Source: Phycisphaerae bacterium
GTDB lineage: Bacteria; Planctomycetota; Phycisphaerae; WQYP01
Length of the DNA stretch: 47,118 nt
NCBI GenBank assembly: GCA_035504095.1
Contig: DATJSN010000040.1
Span: forward strand, 1-47,118
Direction of reading: 5' to 3'
Positions within the stretch are counted from its first letter, which is position 1. Each line of letters begins with the position of its first letter. This document shows positions 1 through 9,812 of this stretch, piece by piece. The position numbers and the translations under genes were made by a program. The notes beneath the pieces were generated by a model. It was not told the origin of the DNA. It did no database searches and saw only the letters and a list, made by a program, of their open reading frames with translations.

Positions 1-3000
1 TGGTGTTGCCGACGTCCCCTTTAAAGTCGGTCTCGCCGGTGGTGTCCACGGTGAGGCTGTCGGTCCCGGCGGCGTTGCCGTCATTAATGGTTGAATCAAA
101 GGTGATGTTGCCGGCGTCGATATCCTTAAGCGTGGTGGTCGTGGTGATTAACACGGCGCCGCCATACGTCTGGCCGCCGGAGTCGGTAGTCACGCTGGCG
201 CCATTGATGTCAGTGGTGCCGCCGGAATAGCCCATGCCGGTATCAACGTCGAGATATTGGAGCGCGGTAGTGTTGCCGACCGAACCTTTAAAGTCGGTCA
301 GGCCGGTGGTGTCCACCGTCAGGCCGTCGGTCCCGGCGGCATTGCCGTCATTAATCGTTGAATCAAAGGTGATGTCGCCGCCATCGGCGTCCGTCAGCGT
401 GGTTGTCGCCGTGATTAACACGGCGCCGCCATACGTCTGGCCACCGGAGTCGGTAGTTATGCCGGCGCCGTTAATGTCGCTGCTGTTGTCCACGTCGAGG
501 TATTTAAGCGCCGTGGTGCCACCGACATCTCCGTCAAAAGACGTCAGGCCGGTGGTATCCACCGTCAGGCCGTCGGTCCCGGCGGCATTGCCGTCATTAA
601 TCATTGAATCAAAGGTGATATTGCCGGCGTCGGTGTCCTTAAGCGTGGTCGTCGCCGTGATTAACACCGCCCCGCCATATGTCTGGCCGCCGGCATCCGT
701 GGTTATGCCGGCGCCGTTAATGTCGCTGCCGCCGTCGACGTCCAGGTATTGCAGCGCCGCAGTGTTGCCCACCGATCCTTTAAAATCGGTCAGGCCGGTG
801 GTGTCCACCGTCAGGCCATCCGTCCCTGCGGCATTGCCGTCATTAATCGTTGAATCAAAGGTGATGTCGCCGGCGTCGGTGTCCTTAAGCGTCGTGGTCG
901 TGGTGATTAATACCGCGCCGCCATACGTCTGGCCGCCGGAGTCGGTAGTTATGCCGGCCCCGTTAATGTCGCTGCTGTTGCCCACGTCGAGGTATTTAAG
1001 CGCCGCGGTGTTGCCCACCGATCCTTTAAAGTCCGTCAGGCCGGTGGTGTCCACCGTCAGACCATCGGTCCCGGCGGCGTTGCCGTCATTAATGGTTGAA
1101 TCAAAGGTGATGTCGCCGCCATCAGTGTCCGTCAGGGTGGTCGTCGCCGTGATTAACACCGCGCCGCCATACGTCTGGCCACCGGAGTCGGTAGTTGCGC
1201 CAGCGCCATTGATGTCAGTGGTGCCGCCGGAATAGCCCATGCCGGTATCGACATCGAGGTATTGCAGCGCCGCAGAATTGCCGACCGATCCTTTAAAGTC
1301 GGTCAGGCCGGTCGTGTCCACCGTCAGGCCGTCCGTCCCCGCGGCATTGCCATCATTAATCGTTGAATCAAAGGTGATGTTGCCGGCGTCGGTGTCCTTA
1401 AGTGTGGTCGTGGTTGTGATTAACACCGCGCCGCCATACGTCTGGCCGCCCACATCCGTGGTTACGCTGGCGCCATTGATGTCGATGTCGCTGCCGAGAT
1501 ACACGCCGGTGTTGTCCACGTCGAGGTATTGCAGCGCCGCAGAATTGCCGACCGATCCTTTAAAGTCGGTCAGGCCGGTGGTATCCACCGTCAGGCCATC
1601 CGTTCCGGCGGCATTGCCGTCATTAATCGTTGCATCAAAGGTGATGTTGCCGCCATCAGTGTCCGTCAGCGTGGTCGTCGCCGTGATTAACACCGCCCCG
1701 CCATATGTCTGGCCACCGGAGTCCGTGGTTATGCCGGCCCCGTTAATGTCGCTGCTGTTGTCCACGTCGAGGTATTCGAGTGCCGTGGTGCCGCCCACCG
1801 ATCCTTTAAAATCGGTCAGGCCGGTGGTATCCACCGTCAGGCCATCCGTCCCTGCGGCATTGCCGTCATTAATCGTTGAATCAAAGGTGATGTCGCCGCC
1901 ATCGGTGTCCGTCAGCGTGGTCGTCGCCGTGATTAACACCGCGCTGCCATACGTCTGGCCGCCGGAGTCCGTGGTTACGCCGGCTCCGTTAATGTCGCTG
2001 CTGCTGTCGACTTCGAGATATTGCAGCGCCGTAGTGTTGCCGACATCTCCGTCAAAAGACGTCACGCCGGTGGTATCCACCGTCAGGCCGTCCGTTCCGG
2101 CGGCATTGCCGTCATTAATCGTTGAATCAAAGGTAATATCGCCGCCATTGGTGTCCGTCAGTGTGGTCGTCGCCGTGATTAACACCGCGCCGCCATACGT
2201 CTGGCCGCCGGCATCGGTAGTCACGCCGGCGCCATTGATGTCAGTGGTGCCGCCGGAATAGCCCGTGCCGGTATCGACATCGAGGTATTCGAGCGCCGCA
2301 GTGTTGCCCACCGAACCTTTAAAGTCGGTCAGACCGGTGGTGTCCACCGTCAGGCCGTCGGTCCCGGCGGCGTTGCCGTCATTAATCGTTGAATCAAAGG
2401 TGATATTGCCGGCATCCGTGTCCGCCAGCGTGGTGGGCGCCGTGATTAACACCGCACCGCCATACGTCTGGCCGCCGGAGTCCGTGGTTACGCCGGCGCC
2501 GTTAATATCGCTGCTGTTGTCGACGTCGAGATCTTGCAGCGCCGTAGTGCCGCCGACAGCACCGTCAAAAGACGTCAGGCCGGTGGTATCCACCGTCAGG
2601 CCATCGGTCCCGGCGGCATTGCCGTCATTAATGGTTGAATCAAAGGTGATATTGCCGGCATCCGTGTCCGCCAGCGTGGTGGTCGCCGTGATTAACACCG
2701 CGCCGCCATAAATCTGGCCGCCCTCATCCGTGGTTATGCCGGCCCCGTTAATGTCGCTGTCGCCGTCTACGTCGAGATATTGCAGCGCCGTAGTGCCGCC
2801 GACATCTCCGTCAAAAGACGTCAGGCCGGTGGTGTTCACCGTCAGGCCATCAGTCCCGGCGGTGTTGCCGTCGTTGATCGTCGAATCAAAGGTGATGTTG
2901 CCAGCGTCGGTGTCCGTCAGCGTGGTCGTCGCCGTGATTAACACCGCGCCGCCATACGTCTGGCCGCCGGAGTCCGTGGTTATGCTGGCGCCGTTAATAT

Positions 3001-3470
3001 CGCTGCCGCCGTCGACATCGAGATATTGCAGCGCAACAGTGTTGCCGACATCTCCGTCAAAAGACGTCAGGCCGGTGGTGTCCACCGTCAGGCCATCTGT
3101 CCCGGCGGCATTGCCGTCATTAATCGTTGAATCAAAGGTGATAGCGCCGCCATCGGTGTCCGCCAGCGTGGTCGTCGCCGTGATTAACACCGCGCCGCCA
3201 TAAATCTGGCCGCCCACATCCGTGGTCACGCCGGCGCCATTGATGTCGATGTCGCTGCCGAGATATACGCCGGTGTTGTCCACGTCAAGATATTGCAGCG
3301 CCGCAGAATTGCCGACTGATCCTTTAAAGTCGGTCAGGCCGGTGGTGTCCACCGTCAGGCCGTCTGTCCCTGCGGCATTGCCGTCGTCGATGGTCGATGT
3401 AAAGATAATATCCGCGCCATCGGTATCCAACAGCGAGATGGTCCCACCGATCAGCACCGGTCCGGTATAA
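1..3470. repeat. Tandem array of about 13 or more near-identical coding repeats of about 250 bp (about 83 aa, ...INDGNAAGTDGLTVDTTGLTDFKGSVGN...) inside TpsA. A longer super-period of about 1005-1026 bp is also visible, and the array continues off the left edge.
   Basis: The string gccgtcattaat(c/g)gttgaatcaaaggtgat recurs at about 85, 340, 590, 838, 1085, 1350, 1620, 1870, 2115, 2380, 2625, 2870 and 3120. ccgccggaatagcccatgccggtatc recurs at about 221, 1226 and 2252. Confidence 0.85.
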
Positions 3471-6439
3471 GTTTGTCCACCGCCGGAAGTATTCACGTCG
3501 CCGTTGAGCCTGATTTGGCCGACGGTGGTACTCAAGTCAACGTAACCGGCGGCCGAAGAGGCACCGATGGCGGAAATCGCGCCGATTTGCACGTTCCCCG
3601 CAGCGGAAACATTAACAAATCCCGCATTCCCATTCCCCTCATAACCATATCCGCCGTTGGTGTTGATGGCGCCGGAGACCGTAACCGTCCCAGCGGCACC
3701 AGTGGAGTTCAGCTTAACGTTGCCGCCGCCGCCGCCATAAGCGCCGCTGCCAAGATAACCTGCGCTGCCGCCAACTGCCGATATGTTGCCGGTTGATATG
3801 TCGCCAGCGGTTGTTATATGAATGTAATTTGCAGATCCGGCGGTGCCGTAATACGCATCGCCGCCCGATGCTGTTAAATCTCCGGTCGATACCGCGCCGC
3901 CGGCCGCGATTTTGATGTATCCAGCAGAACCACCTCCCTCATAACCATAACCGCCGCTGGTGTTGATGGTGCCTGTATTAATCGTCCCGGTCGCACCGGT
4001 GGAGCTCAATGTTACATTGCCGCCGCCGCCGCTATAAGCGCCGCCGCCATAAGCACCGCCGCTGCCACCAACTGCCGAGATGTCGCCGGTTGATATGTCG
4101 CCAGCGGTTGTAATCTGAATGAAACTTGCAGATCCGGCATTGCCGTAATACGAGCCACCGCCCGATGCTGTTAAATCTCCGGTCGATACCGTGCCACCGG
4201 CAGTGCTTTTGATATAACCCGCACTTCCGCCTCCCTCATAACCATATCCGCCGCTGGTGTTGATGGCGCCGGTGACGGTAACGGTACCGGCCACACCAGT
4301 GGAGTTCAGCGTAACGTTGTCGCCGCCGCCGCCATAAGCACCGCTGCCGAGATAACCTGCGCTGCCGCCGACCGCCGATATATCGCCGGTTGATATATCG
4401 CCAGCGGTTGTAATCTGAATGTAATTTGCAGATCCGGCATTGCCGTAATACGAGCCGCCGCCCGATGCTGTGAAATCTCCGGTCGATACCGTGCCGCTGG
4501 CAGTGATTTTGATGTAACCCGCAGACCCGCCTCCCTCATAACCATAACCGCCGCTGGTATTGATGGCGCCGGTGTTGATCGTACCGGCAGCGCCGCTGCT
4601 GGTCAGCGTTATATTTCCGCCCCCGCCGCCGTTACCAGCATTTGACGCGCCCCCAATCGCTGAAATATTGCCGACCGTAATGTTCCCCAAAGCCGTCAGA
4701 CCCACATTTCCCGCTGCATAGCCGCCTGTTGGACCATTGGTCGTGATGCCGTAATAACCACCGCCCCCATTGCTCGCGAACATGATATCCCCGCCGGTGG
4801 AATCAATCATGCAATTTCCGCCATTGGTAGTGATGTCATCATTAACTGTAATGTTGCTTCCGGCCATCAGGCTTACATTCAGTCCACCTGTTCCTGTCGG
4901 GGCTATCGTCACGCCGCTTTCGATAATAATTTCTCCCGCCGCATCAAGCGTCAGGGTCACCGTACTGCTCAGACTTGGATCGATATCCACTCCCGTTAAC
5001 ATCGTAATATTCCCGCTCTCGCCTCCCGAATTGCCGGTGGTAATCATTATGCTGGTCCCGCCGGTTAGATCGGTGTTGATTTGCCCGTCGGTGATTGTTG
5101 CGCCGCTGACGTTGGCATTGTAAGTTCCCGAACCCCCTCCTCCGCTAAAACCGCTGTAACTCGCCGCTCCCGAAGTGATCGTCACGTTAAACGGATCCAG
5201 TAACCATACCCCCGCCGCCCCACCCCCGGCTCCATCCGCCGTCACTGTAGCGCCGGGACTGACGTACAGCAGTTCGCCCGACGAATCGATTAGCCCGCCG
5301 TTCCCCTTAACCGTGGCGCTGGCGTTGAGCACTGCCGAGGCGCCGATGTAATCAAATTCACTTGCATCGGTATATCCGGTTGATGAAGCCGGGTCCGCCG
5401 TTACGCCGATGAGTATGCTGCCTCCGCCCATCGTCCCGCTCGCATCGATTGTTACCGGCGCATCCACAAAGGCGCCGCTGGCGTTTTTATTCACGCCAAC
5501 GCCGATATTCCCGCCGTTGATACTAACGGTTCCACCCGTGTTGCCGGGTCCTTGGTTGGCCGCGTTAAGTTTGCCGGAAACAAGTACTGTGGAAGCATCT
5601 CCATTTGCCGCAATGTTAATGTTGCTTGCCTGGACGGTTCCCGAAGTGTTGATGGCCAGCGAATACAGGTCACCGGCGCGAATGGTCACGTCGCCGCCTT
5701 GAGCGTTAATCGTACCGCTGTTATTTACTCCGGTCGTTTCCGACTTGCCGCCGGCAACTTGTACGACGATTGGGGACCCAAGCTTACTGACATAAACGTT
5801 GTTGCCGGCAGCCATCACCACCATGCCCTCGGGCGTAGCAATAGTGCCGCTATTGACGATATTCTGTCCTACAAAACTCACTGCACCGGCGTGAATCGTG
5901 CCGGCATTGATTACGGCTCCGGTTGCATTGGTGAAATTGTTGGTTCCGGAGAGAAAGTCGGCGTCAGACATGTGCGCTGCCGCGGCGTAAATCTGGCCTA
6001 CATTGACCACCGCGTCCCCACCGAATGTGACGCCCGCGGGATTCACAAAATAAACTATTCCATTGGCATTCAGATTGCCGTCAATCAGCGTAGGTGTTGG
6101 GCCGATGATTTTATTTAGAACAGTAGCGGAAGCCGATGGCTGAACGAAATCCACCGTATTTCCTTTGGGAATGTTGAATTGTTGATAATCGATGATTGAA
6201 TGATTTGCGGCGGTGATGGTCATCAGGTCACCAACCTGATCGAAACTTGCCTCGCCGGCAGCAACATGATCAACTACGATTGGTCCATTGGCATGGGCGT
6301 GGTCCAGGTTTGCCGAAAATGCCGCCACGGCGGCTGCAGCTGACAGTAAGATTGCTCTTTTGCGCAGCAGTCCAAACTTCGGAAGGAAGCTGGCTCGCGA
6401 TCTGTGTTTCGCGATCTTCGTTGTCTTAAGCGGCAACAT
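1..6439 (-). CDS. Giant two-partner-secretion exoprotein (TpsA-like adhesin/toxin), C-terminus beyond the left window edge. It has a signal peptide, an N-terminal TPS (haemagglutination-activity) domain, then a repeat-rich beta-helical passenger.
   Basis: I translated the minus frame by hand at three places and it is open: 6439 downward reads MLPLKTTKIAKHRSRASFLPKFGLLRKRAILLSAAAAVAAFSANLDHAHA (signal peptide). That runs into ...NIPKGNTVDFVQPSASATVLNKIIGPTPTLIDGNLNANGIVYFVNPAGVTFGG..., which fits the TPS-domain NPNGI / secretion-domain pattern. Around 3481-3610 and around 1-290 it is also open, reading VGNTTALQYLDVDTGMGYSGGTTDINGASVTTDSGGQTYGGAVLITTTTTLKD...INDGNAAGTD..., which resembles autotransporter-associated beta-strand repeats. 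The start codon is 27 nt downstream of, and in frame with, the TpsB stop at 6467-6469. The ORF track omits this gene because its stop lies outside the window. The plus-strand ORFs 3..230, 234..1235, 1239..2261, 2265..2711, 2730..3203, 3222..3470 and 3473..3796 are P/S/V-rich antisense readings of it. Confidence 0.75.
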   Translation of the reverse strand, partial: MLPLKTTKIAKHRSRASFLPKFGLLRKRAILLSAAAAVAAFSANLDHAHANGPIVVDHVAAGEASFDQVGDLMTITAANHSIIDYQQFNIPKGNTVDFVQPSASATVLNKIIGPTPTLIDGNLNANGIVYFVNPAGVTFGGDAVVNVGQIYAAAAHMSDADFLSGTNNFTNATGAVINAGTIHAGAVSFVGQNIVNSGTIATPEGMVVMAAGNNVYVSKLGSPIVVQVAGGKSETTGVNNSGTINAQGGDVTIRAGDLYSLAINTSGTVQASNINIAANGDASTVLVSGKLNAANQGPGNTGGTVSINGGNIGVGVNKNASGAFVDAPVTIDASGTMGGGSILIGVTADPASSTGYTDASEFDYIGASAVLNASATVKGNGGLIDSSGELLYVSPGATVTADGAGGGAAGVWLLDPFNVTITSGAASYSGFSGGGGSGTYNANVSGATITDGQINTDLTGGTSIMITTGNSGGESGNITMLTGVDIDPSLSSTVTLTLDAAGEIIIESGVTIAPTGTGGLNVSLMAGSNITVNDDITTNGGNCMIDSTGGDIMFASNGGGGYYGITTNGPTGGYAAGNVGLTALGNITVGNISAIGGASNAGNGGGGGNITLTSSGAAGTINTGAINTSGGYGYEGGGSAGYIKITASGTVSTGDFTASGGGSYYGNAGSANYIQITTAGDISTGDISAVGGSAGYLGSGAYGGGGDNVTLNSTGVAGTVTVTGAINTSGGYGYEGGGSAGYIKSTAGGTVSTGDLTASGGGSYYGNAGSASFIQITTAGDISTGDISAVGGSGGAYGGGAYSGGGGNVTLSSTGATGTINTGTINTSGGYGYEGGGSAGYIKIAAGGAVSTGDLTASGGDAYYGTAGSANYIHITTAGDISTGNISAVGGSAGYLGSGAYGGGGGNVKLNSTGAAGTVTVSGAINTNGGYGYEGNGNAGFVNVSAAGNVQIGAISAIGASSAAGYVDLSTTVGQIRLNGDVNTSGGGQTYTGPVLIGGTISLLDTDGADIIFTSTIDDGNAAGTDGLTVDTTGLTDFKGSVGNSAALQYLDVDNTGVYLGSDIDINGAGVTTDVGGQIYGGAVLITATTTLADTDGGAITFDSTINDGNAAGTDGLTVDTTGLTSFDGDVGNTVALQYLDVDGGSDINGASITTDSGGQTYGGAVLITATTTLTDTDAGNITFDSTINDGNTAGTDGLTVNTTGLTSFDGDVGGTTALQYLDVDGDSDINGAGITTDEGGQIYGGAVLITATTTLADTDAGNITFDSTINDGNAAGTDGLTVDTTGLTSFDGAVGGTTALQDLDVDNSSDINGAGVTTDSGGQTYGGAVLITAPTTLADTDAGNITFDSTINDGNAAGTDGLTVDTTGLTDFKGSVGNTAALEYLDVDTGTGYSGGTTDINGAGVTTDAGGQTYGGAVLITATTTLTDTNGGDITFDSTINDGNAAGTDGLTVDTTGVTSFDGDVGNTTALQYLEVDSSSDINGAGVTTDSGGQTYGSAVLITATTTLTDTDGGDITFDSTINDGNAAGTDGLTVDTTGLTDFKGSVGGTTALEYLDVDNSSDINGAGITTDSGGQTYGGAVLITATTTLTDTDGGNITFDATINDGNAAGTDGLTVDTTGLTDFKGSVGNSAALQYLDVDNTGVYLGSDIDINGASVTTDVGGQTYGGAVLITTTTTLKDTDAGNITFDSTINDGNAAGTDGLTVDTTGLTDFKGSVGNSAALQYLDVDTGMGYSGGTTDINGAGATTDSGGQTYGGAVLITATTTLTDTDGGDITFDSTINDGNAAGTDGLTVDTTGLTDFKGSVGNTAALKYLDVGNSSDINGAGITTDSGGQTYGGAVLITTTTTLKDTDAGDITFDSTINDGNAAGTDGLTVDTTGLTDFKGSVGNTAALQYLDVDGGSDINGAGITTDAGGQTYGGAVLITATTTLKDTDAGNITFDSMINDGNAAGTDGLTVDTTGLTSFDGDVGGTTALKYLDVDNSSDINGAGITTDSGGQTYGGAVLITATTTLTDADGGDITFDSTINDGNAAGTDGLTVDTTGLTDFKGSVGNTTALQYLDVDTGMGYSGGTTDINGASVTTDSGGQTYGGAVLITTTTTLKDIDAGNITFDSTINDGNAAGTDSLTVDTTGETDFKGDVGNT
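3520..4700. repeat. Second tandem array inside TpsA: four copies of a Gly-rich coding unit of about 300 bp (...GGYGYEGGGSAGYIKITASGTVSTGD...).
   Basis: ccctcataaccata(t/a)ccgccg(c/t)tggt(g/a)ttgatgg recurs at about 3640, 3935, 4235 and 4535, with long near-identical flanks. Confidence 0.8.
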
Positions 6440-6466
6440 AATGCCCTTCTCCGGAAATACCGTCCG

Positions 6467-8503
6467 TTAGTAGCTAATTGAAAACAAAAAATTAAACTGG
6501 CTCGATCCAGCGGATACGCCTCCCTGGCCAGTTGCTTCCGGACTCACGGGTGTCAAGGCAATGCCCCAGTCCACCAGGGCCGAAACGTTTTTCCATAGCG
6601 TGACCTGCGCCCCCACACCTGTGCTGATTAACGTCGCCCCCGCTTCATATGACTGTGGATGGCTTTGTCCCACTTCTCCTGCATCCACAAATGTGCTCAA
6701 TACCAGATCCCAATCCGGCTGGCCGTATGGTGTTGGTGGCGCGGTATAAAACGGTTGGCCCAGAAAAGTTGTTGGGTTTGGATTGACCGGAAACAGCCGT
6801 GGAATGTGCAGGTTGTATTGAATTGTGCCCCAAATGGCGCTATCACCTGCGACAATCGTCTGTGGATAACCGCGGACCGTAAATAGTCCGCCTATGACCG
6901 CCTCTTGCTGCGGAACCAGACGCTGGTCGAAAGCCTCCTGGCCGTTGATGCGGAACACAATTTCATTGGCCATTGTGCTGGTTCCGCTTGCGAAACTCTG
7001 CGGGAATAGCAAAGGTTCCAGATAGAAGGAAACTTCGTAATTACCTTGCAGAATTGCCCACGTCGGATCAGTGTTCAACCTCCCCAGGTTATTGAGTTGC
7101 GTTGAGCTTGAGGAAGTATATTGACCGAGCACCGTCAAATTTCCGTTTTGTTGAGATGTGTTGCCAACACGAGTCATCCTCAGCGTAAGATAAGGGTAAA
7201 GAAAGTCAGCTTCGCCGGTCTGTTGGAAAGCTACGTCATCGACATAAGAATACTCGTATTCTGCGCCCAGTACGCCGTAAAAAAATAGTTTATTAAACTG
7301 AGCAAGGGTCAGAATGACTTCAGCACCTCCTGAAGCGAGTTCGCCGTTTAAATTTGAATTGCCCAAACCGATATTGGACGCAGTGTATTGTTCATAGCCG
7401 CCATACATACGGCCTTGCAGTTGATTGATGCCAATAATTGGAAATTGGTATGAGGCACTAATATCATTCATTTTGGAAAATCCGGCAGTGGCATAACTAA
7501 GGTTAAGAATATCGTCGTGGCCGGTCAGTTCAGTATCGTTAAACCCGAACTGTTCCATCCATGGATTCGTTTGTTTTGTGCCGGTGTTGGACAACTGCGC
7601 GTAAGCCACCCATGGTTTTGATTGATTAACGAGGTAATCCAATGTCACTGAATCGACCTGATTGCCGGGCGAGATCGCGATGCTAACCCGCCGACTCGTC
7701 TGCTGATTCAGGAGCGATATGTAATCATCAAGAGCGTCTTCTTGAAGGAGATCTTTCGTTTGCATTTGGTTGGTACTGCTCGCCGGTTGGATTGGCGAAT
7801 GTTGCCGGATGAAGGCGGCCTGTGGATTGTTAATCACCTGCGTTCCTGACATCCCCGGTCCAGACGAAATCGTTCGAACGTCGGTCACAATTGCGGTGTG
7901 AATCACCAGATGTAAGAGCGTATCACCAGCAGGGCGCAAATCGCGTGGCCCACTAAAGTCTTTTGTTGAGACTTGAACATACAATCCGATGATGTGCCTT
8001 TGATGTATTGCCGCGACAATCTGAAGTTCGATGCTTTGCAACGCGCTGGAATAAAAACGATGCGGTATGTTTTGCGCGTTGAACTGCGCCAGCGTCATGG
8101 TACTCGATGGATATATGATTCCACGACTTTGAGCAGATGTTTTGACCGCGACATATCCGTCACGGCTCAACGCCAATTGGATCGGCAGGTCCATCAGTGT
8201 GGTTAGTGCTGGAAGAGCCTCGCGATCGTGCGCGTAACTTAACACGAATTGGCTGATGCTGTAGGCACGGCCGTCGTCCGGCTCCTGGGCGGGTGGAAGA
8301 ACATTGGAGGATGGAACATGCGATGGTGGTGTGCTTTGGGCAGTGGTGGAACCAATTGCCATTGCGGGTCCGCTGAAGGCGTTAAGAATGCCCGCCAGGG
8401 CTGCTGTCAGGAGAAACCCGGCGCCCCATCGTTTATATTTTTTGTAAATTGGGCTAGTCAAGACGCTTCGTCGCGGCCATTTTAACAAACGCTGTGCGTC
8501 CAT
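6467..8503 (-). CDS. TpsB outer-membrane transporter of the two-partner secretion system (ShlB/FhaC/HecB family, POTRA plus beta-barrel).
   Basis: 678-aa ORF with a signal peptide (GFLLTAALAGILNAFSGPAMA) and a long region rich in beta-strand-forming residues. It ends in an aromatic residue (…FSISY), as Omp85/TpsB barrels typically do. It is immediately upstream of, and co-oriented with, the TPS-domain exoprotein, which is the classic tpsB-tpsA order. Confidence 0.7.
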   Translation of the reverse strand: MDAQRLLKWPRRSVLTSPIYKKYKRWGAGFLLTAALAGILNAFSGPAMAIGSTTAQSTPPSHVPSSNVLPPAQEPDDGRAYSISQFVLSYAHDREALPALTTLMDLPIQLALSRDGYVAVKTSAQSRGIIYPSSTMTLAQFNAQNIPHRFYSSALQSIELQIVAAIHQRHIIGLYVQVSTKDFSGPRDLRPAGDTLLHLVIHTAIVTDVRTISSGPGMSGTQVINNPQAAFIRQHSPIQPASSTNQMQTKDLLQEDALDDYISLLNQQTSRRVSIAISPGNQVDSVTLDYLVNQSKPWVAYAQLSNTGTKQTNPWMEQFGFNDTELTGHDDILNLSYATAGFSKMNDISASYQFPIIGINQLQGRMYGGYEQYTASNIGLGNSNLNGELASGGAEVILTLAQFNKLFFYGVLGAEYEYSYVDDVAFQQTGEADFLYPYLTLRMTRVGNTSQQNGNLTVLGQYTSSSSTQLNNLGRLNTDPTWAILQGNYEVSFYLEPLLFPQSFASGTSTMANEIVFRINGQEAFDQRLVPQQEAVIGGLFTVRGYPQTIVAGDSAIWGTIQYNLHIPRLFPVNPNPTTFLGQPFYTAPPTPYGQPDWDLVLSTFVDAGEVGQSHPQSYEAGATLISTGVGAQVTLWKNVSALVDWGIALTPVSPEATGQGGVSAGSSQFNFLFSISY

Positions 8504-8780
8504 GAGGCTACCTTTGTTTCTCCGACCCTTCTACCACGCTCTAATCGCACCACACAAATACTCCGGCATACTCGCGAAATCGCTAACATTGATTTGTCAA
8601 ACTTTTTTGGAGCGGCGCGCACTAGGCCAGAAGTACTCTTAAGACATTCCCTGTCACTTATCTATTAATAGAGGCGATGTTACATTTGGTCTGATTGATA
8701 TGTCAAGTATTAATAGCATATTTGTCGTAGTTTGTGAAAATTTCAGTGCTCGTTCGACATAACCGCGTGGGCTTGTATAT

Positions 8781-9800
8781 CTAGCTAAGGAACGAAGGAG
8801 CCGGCTTATCACCGGCTGAACGACATACAGTGAGATAATCACGCACTTGCTGTAGAAATTGCGGATTGAGTTCAAACGGAATGTCGCTTACCAGGGGCAT
8901 TCTCGCCAATCCGGCACGCAAACAGAACAAGGCCGCTGGTTTCGGTTCGCCAATAATCAAGTCAACAAAATCATTTCGATTATCCGTTTTGTCCTTCGGC
9001 GACCAATATTCTATCGCGGAAACCGGATAGGTTGCGCCAAGCATTGAATGAATTAAGGAACACCACATACGGGCGGAAAACCACTTTTGCTGATCGTTCA
9101 ACGGCAGTCGTAATGATTCAGTGGGGGCATCAGCCGGGTCGTGCGATATTGCGTCAATCGCCCTTTGAGTCGCGTAGAAAATGCGTGAAGCAGCAACGGG
9201 TTCCTCATTGGCAAATAGCATTGCTACCTGATCGCCGGTCATGGAGTGGTTCACTTTTGTGTTGACCGGTGTCAGTTGTTTGGCAGCAATAGTTTGAATC
9301 TTTTGTTGTGTTGCGCTTACTTTTGTCCGCACTTCATCAGCGGAATCGGTGTTTTGCAGCGAATCACGCAATTCCAGAAGCAACGGGCAGATTTGCCGCT
9401 CTACTTCGGCTGGACTGAAACCACGTGACTGCAGGGCCACCACCAGCGGATAAAGACTCCTGCCCTTGCCGTCCGTGGAAGCGGAAAGTGTTGCCCAAAA
9501 ATAATGGCTATCACGACTGTATACTAAGAGATGATTGAATTCCGGGAGCCGTTGATCGACGGACAGTTGTGCCCAGGTACCTGAATCAATATTTCTTCCA
9601 ATTCCCTCCACGTATATGATGCGTTTGAATTCCTGCATGTCACGGCTTTGTTCCCCAATATCGTCCATGTGATCATCCCAGGCGGGATGCTTGCCGAACA
9701 CGCTTAAGGCCAGCAAGGGCTCTGTGGACATAGCGGAGAAAATTCGAGATTTAAACTTCTGGAGGAAATCGCCCAATTGATCACCTTTTTCGACTAACAA
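8781..9800 (-). CDS. tagF: TagF-like type VI secretion-associated protein (DUF2094 / ImpM family).
   Basis: The N-terminal FGKHPAWDDHMDD resembles the TagF FYGKLPxRGDF motif, and ...DGKGRSLYPLVVAL resembles the conserved GRxFPL block. The gene is translationally coupled just downstream of tssM, as in tssL-tssM-tagF operons. Confidence 0.5.
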   Translation of the reverse strand: MLVEKGDQLGDFLQKFKSRIFSAMSTEPLLALSVFGKHPAWDDHMDDIGEQSRDMQEFKRIIYVEGIGRNIDSGTWAQLSVDQRLPEFNHLLVYSRDSHYFWATLSASTDGKGRSLYPLVVALQSRGFSPAEVERQICPLLLELRDSLQNTDSADEVRTKVSATQQKIQTIAAKQLTPVNTKVNHSMTGDQVAMLFANEEPVAASRIFYATQRAIDAISHDPADAPTESLRLPLNDQQKWFSARMWCSLIHSMLGATYPVSAIEYWSPKDKTDNRNDFVDLIIGEPKPAALFCLRAGLARMPLVSDIPFELNPQFLQQVRDYLTVCRSAGDKPAPSFLS

Positions 9801-9812
9801 CTCGGTGGAATT

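Noticed and set aside
3-3796. Chain of plus-strand ORFs (3..230, 234..1235, 1239..2261, 2265..2711, 2730..3203, 3222..3470, 3473..3796) with P/S/V-rich translations.
   Set aside because: They lie antisense to the open minus-strand frame that encodes recognisable TPS and beta-helix repeat sequence. They are low complexity, interrupted by a stop at the same place in every super-repeat, and are an expected artefact of a GC-rich repeat.
5552-6118. 188-aa plus-strand ORF inside the TpsA N-terminal region.
   Set aside because: Antisense to the TPS-domain coding sequence, with no motifs.
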